In this document: positions 16,427-24,091 of the stretch, piece by piece
How the letters are laid out: each line of letters starts with the position of its first letter
How positions within the stretch are numbered: position 1 is the first letter of the stretch
Assembly (NCBI GenBank): GCA_000270325.1
Contig: BA000048.1
Span: forward strand, 372,933 to 404,932
DNA: 32,000 nucleotides
Direction of reading: 5' to 3'
Source: Candidatus Caldarchaeum subterraneum
GTDB taxonomy: Archaea > Thermoproteota > Nitrososphaeria_A > Caldarchaeales > Caldarchaeaceae
Program-made: the position numbers and the translations under genes
The notes under the pieces: model-generated
Databases searched by the model: none
What the model was told of the DNA's origin: nothing
The model's input: only the letters and a program-made list of their open reading frames with translations

Positions 16427-16446
16427 GCCGGGGTCCCCAAGCCTGG
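16427..16446 (+). repeat. attR: 20-bp core within the intact tRNA-Ser gene
   Basis: Identical to 9256-9275. It covers the acceptor 5' strand and the D-arm through G18-G19. Confidence 0.85.
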
Positions 16447-16509
16447 TATGGGGCTGGTCTGCTAAACCAGTGGCCTTTGGCCGCGCGGGTTCAAATCCCG
16501 CCCCCGGCG
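16427..16509 (+). tRNA. tRNA-Ser (anticodon GCU)
   Basis: Hand-folded. Acceptor GCCGGGG/CCCCGGC. D-stem CCCA/TGGG with GG in the loop. Anticodon stem CTGGT/ACCAG with loop CT-GCT-AA. Long variable arm GGCC-TTT-GGCC. T-arm GCGGG-TTCAAAT-CCCGC. Discriminator G. No intron and no encoded CCA. Confidence 0.9.
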
Positions 16510-16527
16510 CCTAAGAGGCACTTCTTA

Positions 16528-16560
16528 GACGCCTCGGAGGCGTCCCCGAGACACCTTTTT
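16528..16560 (+). terminator. Hairpin plus T5 tract downstream of tRNA-Ser
   Basis: GACGCCTC-G-GAGGCGTC palindrome, followed by CCCCGAGACACCTTTTT. Confidence 0.4.
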
Positions 16561-16611
16561 AGTAAAGCAGCTGAACGAAAAAGACGCCCCATAGACGTCT
16601 GATTGACGCCT

Positions 16612-17466
16612 TCAGGTTTTGCAACTTTTAACGAGGATTAGTGAGAGGATTACCAGTAGAGTTAGCAAAACGGATTGGGCTATCAGCATTATTAATATGT
16701 ATTTCTGCTCGGGTGTGGATGATTGTTGAGGACTTGTTTGAGTGGTGTTGTCGGCTCTTTGTGGTGGTAGGTTCACTATGCATGCGGAGAAGACCTTTAC
16801 GTAGTTTCCAGAGGTGTCGACGTTTTCGGGGCTTAGTTTCTTCGAGCTGATGACTAGGTAAAAGTTCTCGCCCGTAACTTTTGGATAGCCGTAGGTGAGG
16901 ACGTTTACGTCGTTCACAAAGAATCTTATGATGGTTTCGTCATCTACCTCTGAATAAACCGCCTTGAGGGTGTAGGTCTTCTCTACTCCTAGAGGTATGT
17001 CATCAAGCCGGAATTCTCTGAAAAACTCAGGTATCCTCGGCGACTGGATGTAACCATTTATCGTGGACGATTTTTGCCGTATCACGAAGCCAAACTCATC
17101 CCCTGTGAAGACTTTCGTGTCGTCGGTGACGAATACGGCGAACTCATCCCTATCACTTGGTGAACGATTCTCCATGTATATGCTTATCCGCGTCGAGAGG
17201 GCGAATGTTCTGCCAGCCTCGATGGATGTGGTGGCTAACGCGTCTTGGTAAACGTTTGTTGCGCGGCTTCCCGTGAACAGGTAGTGGTCGCCGTTGTAGA
17301 CCGGTTGTGGGCCCATGGTGTTGTACCATTTGAAGTTTCTGTCGTAGGCTGTTGCGAGGTCTAGACATAATTCTCTGGGCTGGTCTTCTCCATGGGCTAC
17401 GGCGGTGGAGGACATGAGTAGGAGGGCGAGTAACATGGGTAGCAGTTGAACCTGTTTTAGCTTCAT
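16612..17466 (-). CDS. Secreted, C-terminally anchored protein (partner of the GT2 synthase)
   Basis: 284 aa. Signal-like MKLKQVQLLPMLLALLLMSSTAVAHG, an S/T/Q/P-rich linker, and C-terminal TM IMLIAQSVLLTLLVILSLILV. Its start codon is 4 nt downstream of the GT2 stop codon. Confidence 0.65.
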   Translation of the reverse strand: MKLKQVQLLPMLLALLLMSSTAVAHGEDQPRELCLDLATAYDRNFKWYNTMGPQPVYNGDHYLFTGSRATNVYQDALATTSIEAGRTFALSTRISIYMENRSPSDRDEFAVFVTDDTKVFTGDEFGFVIRQKSSTINGYIQSPRIPEFFREFRLDDIPLGVEKTYTLKAVYSEVDDETIIRFFVNDVNVLTYGYPKVTGENFYLVISSKKLSPENVDTSGNYVKVFSACIVNLPPQRADNTTQTSPQQSSTPEQKYILIMLIAQSVLLTLLVILSLILVKSCKT

Positions 17467-17470
17467 GTTC

Positions 17471-19201
17471 TCAGTCGTCCTTCTTTATGACCTCAAAACC
17501 TTTCGGAGGGTTTATGAGAGCATACCATGGTGCGCAGGCCTCAAGCATCATTCCGCCGATAACGGCGAATATTATTCTGTACCTTCTACGGTGTCCTCTT
17601 TTTTCGGGACCTGTGAGATAAGCATCGTTCAACTTGTAGCCGCCTGCGTGGTAGCGGTATAGCGAGTACCATGTGAATCCTGCTATGATTCCTGAGGCGG
17701 GGAAAAGCCCTCCTGTAGGGTAGATTATGCTTACCGCGAACGCTATCAGAGATGGTAGTGCCGACATCCAGCTGACCACGCCGTATAGTGCTGCGAGCCT
17801 GTACCTCGGCCTGATTCTCTTGTCAAACACTATCTGCATGGCTCCGTGGGCCCATCGTCTTCTCTGTTTTAGGAGGTCTTTGGTCGTGAGAGGGGGTTTC
17901 TCGTAGCCGTATCCTTTTAGAATCGTCTTTCCAGGCCTGTGCCGCTGCCACATCATTAAGCCGAACATCCAATCCTCTGTCTTAACATCGCCGAAGTCCC
18001 ATCCAACGGCGGCTTCGACGTCTGCTCTCACGAGTAGATGTGAGCCGTGGTGTCCAAACGATAGTTTACCGTTTGTCTTGGTTGTGAGGAGTATTCTGAA
18101 GTCGTCGTAGCTACGGGAGGGTTCCTGGGCCCTTGAAGGGGTGTAGGTCAGGGAGTCGGCGTAGTTTATTATGCCGGCGGCGTAGATGTCGTGGTCACCC
18201 GCGTTGATGATGTAGTCCATTATCCCCAGTATCGTGTCTTCACCAACTTTTGTTTCATCATCCTGATGATATATCCATGTGTCTTTGTTTACAAGACCTT
18301 CCTCAGCCATGACTTTATTGGCGTAGACAAGTGCTCTCGCCTTGTACCTTGTCCCGTTAACTGTGTTGAATTCGCGTGGGACAATTATTACTCTCGCGCC
18401 CATGGAGGCCAACTCACCGTAGCCTTTCACGTTCGCTTCATAATCATCTTGTTCGCAGATGATCCATTGGGAAATATCAGCCATTTTTCCATGTTTCAGT
18501 TCGATGATTTCTTTCCAGAAAATTGCGGATTCTACTGACATTTTTACGGTGACGTGGTTCCCGCCTTTGGTCGGTAAAATGAAGATGACGTGTTTATTCT
18601 TCAATTGCGCAGCGTTTTTCGTGATGTTTTGCTCATTTATGAGAAAATCATCTTTGCCGAATGAGAGGTATCCGATGTTTTGGAGTATTAAATGCGGGGT
18701 GCCGATCAGCCAGCTATACTTTAGGCTGTGTGCCACAAACTCTATTCCTGTCGTGACGGCTGGGGCGCCGGAGAACAAGGTGCCCATTAGGAAAGAGAAG
18801 CCGAGCAGGTCAACTACATGTTGCCGTTTCTCGTCAAAAACCGTATCGATTGATCGGTTGAAATTATCGACCGTGTATCGTAGGTAGGCCGGGTGGCTCA
18901 GTTCCCCGTGTGGGGGCCTGTGGTGGGTAAGGCTGTTGTCCATGTTTCGGTTGTTTGCAACTACTAAAACTGCTGCGATGGATGATAGTGAGAGGTCCAT
19001 CAGCAGGATTAGCGACGACGGGGAAGACCTCTGCATATTCTCGTAAGCCCATTGGAAGACGGAGTTGGAGTAGAGGGCCCATGGTCTCAGGTAGGCCAGT
19101 TCATAATTGGGTATTAGTGCTGGGAAAAGGATTGAGAGCACGATTACGGCTAAGACCCAGAAGAATAGCCGGGAAAAAGTCCTGAACAGGGTTAGCTGCA
19201 T
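17471..19201 (-). CDS. Membrane-embedded processive family-2 glycosyltransferase (cellulose/chitin/hyaluronan-synthase-like)
   Basis: 576 aa with N- and C-terminal TM bundles. The central GT-A domain has HQDDE, TED (VKTEDWMFG) and Q-x-x-R-W (QRRRWAHG) motifs. Confidence 0.85.
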   Translation of the reverse strand: MQLTLFRTFSRLFFWVLAVIVLSILFPALIPNYELAYLRPWALYSNSVFQWAYENMQRSSPSSLILLMDLSLSSIAAVLVVANNRNMDNSLTHHRPPHGELSHPAYLRYTVDNFNRSIDTVFDEKRQHVVDLLGFSFLMGTLFSGAPAVTTGIEFVAHSLKYSWLIGTPHLILQNIGYLSFGKDDFLINEQNITKNAAQLKNKHVIFILPTKGGNHVTVKMSVESAIFWKEIIELKHGKMADISQWIICEQDDYEANVKGYGELASMGARVIIVPREFNTVNGTRYKARALVYANKVMAEEGLVNKDTWIYHQDDETKVGEDTILGIMDYIINAGDHDIYAAGIINYADSLTYTPSRAQEPSRSYDDFRILLTTKTNGKLSFGHHGSHLLVRADVEAAVGWDFGDVKTEDWMFGLMMWQRHRPGKTILKGYGYEKPPLTTKDLLKQRRRWAHGAMQIVFDKRIRPRYRLAALYGVVSWMSALPSLIAFAVSIIYPTGGLFPASGIIAGFTWYSLYRYHAGGYKLNDAYLTGPEKRGHRRRYRIIFAVIGGMMLEACAPWYALINPPKGFEVIKKDD

Positions 19202-19356
19202 GTTTTCACATCCAATTCACGTGCAAACTATCGCCGCGTGGTATAAGAGGGTTTTATTCATGTAGCATGATGGATGTTGGGCTGAAGATATTTAGAAGGT
19301 TTTAGACGTTTGGCGGGCTGACGGATGTGCCGAGATTGGCGTCTGTCTGGAAGAGC

Positions 19357-20325
19357 CTATTGCTTCCACCATATTTCAGTTAATCGTTTTTTGATTAAGA
19401 GAGGCTTTAGGTATTGGATGGTTTTCTCCAGTCCATCCTCTTGGCTCATCACGGGGTCTTCGTGCTCATAGCTCATGACGTAGTCGTAGCCTACTTCCGC
19501 GAAAGCTGTGATGACTCTTTTCCAGGGAACCTGTCCCCATCCCGGTATTCTGAACCTAAAGCCTCTATCGGGTCGTAGCCAGCTACCTGTAGGTATCGCT
19601 CCCGATGTTGATAGATTTTCGGCCACAAGCTCCCCATCCTTCGCATGCGAGTGGAAGATTCTGTCTCCGAATTTTTTAATGAAGACAACGGGGTCAATAA
19701 GCTGCCATATCAAGTGGCTTGGGTCAAAGTTGAATCCAAACTCCTTCTTCCAATTAATGGCTTTAAGAGCCTGTTCCGCTGTTTCCACGTTATAAGCCAG
19801 TTCCTGTGGATGAACTTCGTGCGCAAACTTGACGCCGCAGCTGCTGTAGTAATCCAGTATCTCTCCCCATCGTTCGGCGAATAATTCAAAGTAGGACTCA
19901 AAAATCTTGTCATATCCGAATGGGAAGTTGTACCATGCACCCCAGTTGGGGCATCCTATAAAACCTACAACAACGGGTACATCAAGAAGGTTGGCGACAT
20001 CACATGTCTTTTTCATCCTCTCGATGCCATACTTCACCTTCTCTTCAGGGCTTCCTTTAAAGATGCCATCGGTCGAGGCATCATGAGGCCCCAACACCAG
20101 CTGTCCCTCGAGATGATTAGATACCGCAGAAATGAGCAGCTGGTTGTTTTCGATAATCCGTTTTATTTCCTGAGCTCCTCCGCCCAAGGCCTTGTCTATG
20201 TCTAAATGCAGGCTTCCGCGCCAGCATGCAAGCTCGACAGCTTCATAGCCAAAGGACGCGATTTTTGGGGCAATTTTTTCTAAAGGTACATCATTATACA
20301 GAACAGTAAATACACCCAACTTCAT
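19357..20325 (-). CDS. Sugar phosphate isomerase/epimerase (xylose isomerase-like TIM barrel)
   Basis: 322 aa with FGYEAVEL, HSHAKDGE and SYEHED metal-ligand-type motifs of the AP-endonuclease-2/xylose-isomerase-like fold. Confidence 0.75.
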   Translation of the reverse strand: MKLGVFTVLYNDVPLEKIAPKIASFGYEAVELACWRGSLHLDIDKALGGGAQEIKRIIENNQLLISAVSNHLEGQLVLGPHDASTDGIFKGSPEEKVKYGIERMKKTCDVANLLDVPVVVGFIGCPNWGAWYNFPFGYDKIFESYFELFAERWGEILDYYSSCGVKFAHEVHPQELAYNVETAEQALKAINWKKEFGFNFDPSHLIWQLIDPVVFIKKFGDRIFHSHAKDGELVAENLSTSGAIPTGSWLRPDRGFRFRIPGWGQVPWKRVITAFAEVGYDYVMSYEHEDPVMSQEDGLEKTIQYLKPLLIKKRLTEIWWKQ

Positions 20326-20415
20326 AAATGATCGTGTAGTTCCTTTTTCTGATGGTTTATATGCTTTTGGAGGCTGGTGGGATTGTTTGTTGGTTTTATT
20401 TGTGCGTCGTTGGCC

Positions 20416-20490
20416 CGGGCCCGGTGGGACTTGAACCCACGACCTCCGGCTCCGAAGGCCGCCGCGCTATCCATTCTGCGCCACGGGCCC
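20416..20490 (-). tRNA. tRNA-Arg (anticodon UCG)
   Basis: Hand-folded on the minus strand. Acceptor GGGCCCG/CGGGCCC. D-arm GCGC-AGAATGGATA-GCGC. Anticodon loop CT-TCG-GA. 5-nt variable loop. T-arm GTGGG-TTCAAGT-CCCAC. Discriminator G. There is one G-G mismatch at 27:43. Confidence 0.85.
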
Positions 20491-20513
20491 CCGCTATCCA
20501 TGATGTTGTCGAT

Positions 20514-20525
20514 GGTTATAAAATG
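20514..20525 (-). promoter_or_regulatory. TATA box for tRNA-Arg
   Basis: The minus strand reads CATTTTATAACC, centred about 29 nt upstream of the tRNA 5' end. Confidence 0.5.
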
Positions 20526-20537
20526 TGGTGGACGGGG

Positions 20538-22700
20538 TCAGAGTGTCAGTAGTCCGTAGATGAATAGTGGTATGAAGACGAGGCTTAGTGTGTTGAGGAG
20601 TTTGATTAGGATGTGGAGGCTTGGCGCGTAGGTGTCTTTCATGGGGTCGCCGACCGTGTCGCCTACCACGGCCGCTTTGTGGGCGTCTGAGCCTTTCCGA
20701 CCCGCTATCTCGAGGTATTTTTTGGCGTTGTCCATCGCGGCTCCTCCGTAGAAGCCTAGTATGGCAAGGGGTATGGCTGAGACTGTTGCTCCGATGACGA
20801 GTGCGCCCACGGCTCTCCAGCCGAGGAATATGCCAAGCACTATGGGTGAGAGTGTGACGATTAGTGTCGGTGCGACCATCAATCTAAGCGCTGTACGTGT
20901 TGATATGTCGACGCATCTTCCGTACTCTGGCCTTGCTTTGCCTTCGAGGATGCCCTTTATCTCCCTGAACTGTCTTCGCACTTCTTCGACCATTTGGAAG
21001 GCTCCTGTGCCGACGGCTTTGACCGCGTATCCTGAGAAGAGGAAGGGTAGCATGGCTCCTATGAAGAGGCCTATGAGGACGGCTGGAGAGTTGAGCTGGA
21101 GCTGGGTAGAGAGTTGCTCGATGTTGTTGAGTAGCTTGGCTGAGAGCTCGGGGGTGAGGTGGCTTAGCTCGACTATGCCGGCCATGTATCTTCCCACTTC
21201 GAGTAGGAAGGCTTGGAAAAGCAGAAGGGCTGCGAGGGCTGCTGAGCCCATGGCGTAGGATTTTGTCAGAGCCTTGGTGGTGTTGCCGAGTGCGTCGAGG
21301 GGCTCGAGCCTGTCACGTATTGTTTTCGGTGCGTTGGCCATCTCAGCTATTCCGCCCGCGTTGTCCACAATCGGGCCCAGGCCATCCATCGTCAGAACGA
21401 AACCGGCTGTTGAGAGCATGCCCATCGTGGCCATGGTTGTGCCGAACACCCCTCCGAGGAAGAGGTCAGGTAAGCCGACGACCTTCGCCCACTCTATTCC
21501 AAGAAGGAATGAGATGGCTATCGCGATGACGACGGTTATCACAGGCAAGGCTGTCGAAATCATTCCGACTGAGAGGCCTGAGACAACTGTGAGAGCGGGG
21601 CCCGACTCGCTGTTTGTTGCGATTAGGCTGACATGCCTTGATTTGAGGCTGGTGTAGATTTCGCTGTAAAACATGATGAGAATTCCCGCCACCAGGCCAA
21701 CTAACATTGTGACGAAGAGTGGAAGGAAACCTCCGCCGAAGACCGTGCTTGTTACAAGATACATCAGCACAGCCGCTACGATGGATGTGATGATTAAGCC
21801 GTTGCGTAATGGCTCGATGGATTCTTTGAAGCTTTTCTGGTACAGGGCCCATCCCACTCCCGCGAGTGTGGCGATGACTCCGACCGCTCTCACCACAAGG
21901 GGAAGAACCACGTATGTCTCATTGATTTTCTCAAAAAGTATGATAGATATGATTAGTGCGACAATCATTCCTCCAAGGTTCTCCGCGGTCACAGATTCGA
22001 AGAGGTCCGCTCCTCTCCCAGCCTCGTCACCTACGTTGTCGCCCACCTGGTCAGCTATCACAGCGGGGTTGCGCGGGTCGTCTTCAGGTATTCCCGCTTC
22101 AACTTTGCCCACCAGGTCGGCTCCGATGTCAGCGCTCTTTGTGTAAATACCGCCTCCCAACTGTGCAAAGAGAGCGGCCAGGCTCGCGCCGAAGCCGAAG
22201 CCCGCAAGCACACCGGGGTCGCGGAAAACGATGTAGAGAATAGTCAGCCCAAGTAGGCTCATGGCTATTACCGCTAAGCCAAGGGCAGCACCGCCCATGG
22301 TTGCGACTCGGAGAGCGCTCACCGAGTCCTTCGATGCGGCGTAGGTTGTGCGGACGTTGGCTCTTGTGGCGGAGTCCATGGCTATGGTGGCCGCGATGAG
22401 AGAAAAGGCCACGCCGAGAAGGAAGCTGCCGCCTATCTGGAGACCATAGACAAGCCCACCCATCTGCGGAAAAGCCGCGAAGCTAACGATGATGAGTATG
22501 AAGATGAAAACGCTGATGATGAAGATGGTTCTGTACTGGCGTTTCAGATAGGCGATGGAGCCTTCTCTAATGGCTGACCAAACCGAGACAAACTCGGGCC
22601 CCCCTTTCGGATAGCGGTTAACGAGTGCGACGAAGCCGACGGCAGAGAGAGCGCCCAGCGCGCCGAGAAGTAGAGCGATTGTTAGAAAATCTACCATCAT
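20538..22700 (-). CDS. hppA: Membrane-bound proton/sodium-translocating pyrophosphatase
   Basis: Motifs GGIYTKSADIGADLVGKVE, VGDNVGDEAGRGADLFES, DNAGGIAEM, AAMDNAKKY and VGDTVGDPMKDT, with many TM helices. I prefer the start at ATG 22700 (MMVDFLTIALLL) because a TATA box at 22757-22769 lies inside the 30-codon extension of the track ORF. Confidence 0.95.
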   Translation of the reverse strand: MMVDFLTIALLLGALGALSAVGFVALVNRYPKGGPEFVSVWSAIREGSIAYLKRQYRTIFIISVFIFILIIVSFAAFPQMGGLVYGLQIGGSFLLGVAFSLIAATIAMDSATRANVRTTYAASKDSVSALRVATMGGAALGLAVIAMSLLGLTILYIVFRDPGVLAGFGFGASLAALFAQLGGGIYTKSADIGADLVGKVEAGIPEDDPRNPAVIADQVGDNVGDEAGRGADLFESVTAENLGGMIVALIISIILFEKINETYVVLPLVVRAVGVIATLAGVGWALYQKSFKESIEPLRNGLIITSIVAAVLMYLVTSTVFGGGFLPLFVTMLVGLVAGILIMFYSEIYTSLKSRHVSLIATNSESGPALTVVSGLSVGMISTALPVITVVIAIAISFLLGIEWAKVVGLPDLFLGGVFGTTMATMGMLSTAGFVLTMDGLGPIVDNAGGIAEMANAPKTIRDRLEPLDALGNTTKALTKSYAMGSAALAALLLFQAFLLEVGRYMAGIVELSHLTPELSAKLLNNIEQLSTQLQLNSPAVLIGLFIGAMLPFLFSGYAVKAVGTGAFQMVEEVRRQFREIKGILEGKARPEYGRCVDISTRTALRLMVAPTLIVTLSPIVLGIFLGWRAVGALVIGATVSAIPLAILGFYGGAAMDNAKKYLEIAGRKGSDAHKAAVVGDTVGDPMKDTYAPSLHILIKLLNTLSLVFIPLFIYGLLTL

Positions 22701-22756
22701 CTCGGCGGATGAAGTTCTCCCTCTTCTATAAGAAGGCTTCCTCCCCCCGAGAAGAG

Positions 22757-22769
22757 CCTTTAAAATAGG
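22757..22769 (-). promoter_or_regulatory. TATA box of hppA
   Basis: The minus strand reads CCTATTTTAAAGG, about 60 nt upstream of ATG 22700. Confidence 0.45.
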
Positions 22770-22937
22770 GGATGGTTGACTGGCAGGCACCCACCAGATA
22801 ACATCTAGGAAACCCCAAAAGAGGCCAAGCCGTTTAAGAGTTTGACATGACTGGTGTTTTCACCAGTCTGTTTTATAGAAGGACGTGCCGGCCTCCGGGC
22901 TTTATCCCTGTTGCTGGGCCGGTACGCCCGCCAGCCA

Positions 22938-23855
22938 TTATTGGGCTCCCCGTCTGTATGTCAGCCATATTTTGAAAGCTATCTCTTCCTCGTCTCTTGC
23001 TCTGGGTTCTTTGTTTGTTATCGACATTGTAAGTCTATTCAACGCTTTCCTAGCTATGTGGTTGTATTTTTGGTTGTTGATGCGTTGCCTGAAAAGTCCT
23101 AGATAAATTCTAACATCTGTGAATGACCGGCTGAAGTCGACGTATGTTAAAAGCTCTGCCAAAGCCTGTCTTCCCAACAGATGGCTATCACCTGTTAACC
23201 CCAGTTCTTCCGCTATTAGTTTAAAGAGGGGGTATCTTCTCTCAGCCTCCTCTATTATTGGTCTGGCTACTACCAGCTTCTCCTCCTCGATGTGGTCGAT
23301 AAGCCTCTTGAAGCTTTGTTTGGCGACATCGGGCACGTCCTTATACTGGTTCTCTAGTCTCTGCTTAGTCCTCTCCAATCTCCTGAAAGGCGAAATCAAC
23401 TGCCGCATGGCCAAGAAGTCCTCATCAACCCTCTTGAACCACTTCTCCTCAATATTCATCAGTATTCTTACATCGGTTTTGGCGGACTTCGATTCTATCC
23501 CCAGCCTCTTCCTCATCTGCTTAATCAACGTAAGCCTCCGGAGGTAGTGAACCTCGGCACCTCTCCTAAGAAGCTCTATGAAGCCATCTATATGCATCAC
23601 CGGTATGACATCTACGTAAACCTTGTCGCCAGCTTCCGCCGGAATCTTCGTAGGCGAATCCACATGTTTAAAGGCCTCACCATCAGTTGTGTATGTGATG
23701 CGGTAGCCGGAGTCGTCTTTCTTTCTGTGGATGTCTGCATAGAACCTTCTCCCCACTTCTTTGGCGCTCTCGCCCTTGTCGTCCACCGCCGGGCCAGCAG
23801 CAGACGACCCCGAATCATCGTTCAGCCTCATGGAAGAGAGACCAGAGTTTAACAT
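22938..23855 (-). CDS. Divergent IS110-family-like protein (DEDD-like N-domain plus Tnp_20-like C-domain); possibly degenerate
   Basis: 305 aa. SAKTDVRILMNI resembles the family KTD(K/R)IDA motif. ELGLTGDSHLLGRQALAELLTYVDFSRSFTDVRIYLGLFRQ resembles iPGIG...A..LlaEigd..rF.s...l.aYaGL.Pr. The fourth acidic residue and the SG serine are not evident. Similarity was judged by eye only. Confidence 0.4.
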   Translation of the reverse strand: MLNSGLSSMRLNDDSGSSAAGPAVDDKGESAKEVGRRFYADIHRKKDDSGYRITYTTDGEAFKHVDSPTKIPAEAGDKVYVDVIPVMHIDGFIELLRRGAEVHYLRRLTLIKQMRKRLGIESKSAKTDVRILMNIEEKWFKRVDEDFLAMRQLISPFRRLERTKQRLENQYKDVPDVAKQSFKRLIDHIEEEKLVVARPIIEEAERRYPLFKLIAEELGLTGDSHLLGRQALAELLTYVDFSRSFTDVRIYLGLFRQRINNQKYNHIARKALNRLTMSITNKEPRARDEEEIAFKIWLTYRRGAQ

Positions 23856-24091
23856 GATATATGATGATCAAGCAAAAAGTACAAGATAAGTTTTTGAAGG
23901 TCACTGGATGGAGAGAAGTGGATAAACAGCATTTCGCCCTTTATTATTGAGAGTCGGATTAGGGATATGGAGATAACACTGTACCAAGCACCAATAAATA
24001 GAATAGTCCGCTTAACCTTAGCCCCAAAAGAGTTTAATGAGAGCTTGTTGTAGGGTAAGCGATATATTGGGCTGAAAGGCTCTTATTTTTT

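Larger units (their letters stand above)
9256..16446. mobile_element. Integrated plasmid-like element (about 7.2 kb) in tRNA-Ser(GCU)
   Basis: A perfect 20-bp direct repeat sits at both ends. A tyrosine integrase gene abuts the tRNA-proximal repeat. The replication module is prim-pol plus a P-loop NTPase. I recognise no virion or conjugation genes. Confidence 0.8.

Noticed and set aside
16510-16611. Hairpins and repeated TAGACG-like words downstream of tRNA-Ser, considered as a small RNA or repeat array
   Set aside because: They are short (6-8 bp stems), followed by a T5 tract, and lie between convergent genes. Ordinary bidirectional terminator structures explain them most simply.
20416-20490. 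G-G mismatch at positions 27:43 of tRNA-Arg, considered as evidence of a tRNA pseudogene
   Set aside because: All other stems are perfect and the conserved loop features are present. A properly spaced TATA box exists. A single 27:43 mismatch at the top of the anticodon stem is tolerated in functional tRNAs.
20352-20559. Two + strand ORFs (66 and 60 aa) over the tRNA-Arg locus
   Set aside because: They are explained by the GC-rich tRNA gene on the opposite strand and have no coding signal.
21263-22243. Several + strand ORFs (88-157 aa) inside hppA
   Set aside because: They are antisense shadows of a highly conserved membrane pyrophosphatase gene.
22701-22790. 30-codon N-terminal extension of the pyrophosphatase ORF
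   Set aside because: The extension (MPASQPSPILKALLGGRKPSYRRGRTSSAE) is not part of the conserved PPase fold and contains the likely TATA box (22757-22769). ATG 22700 starts directly at the first TM helix.
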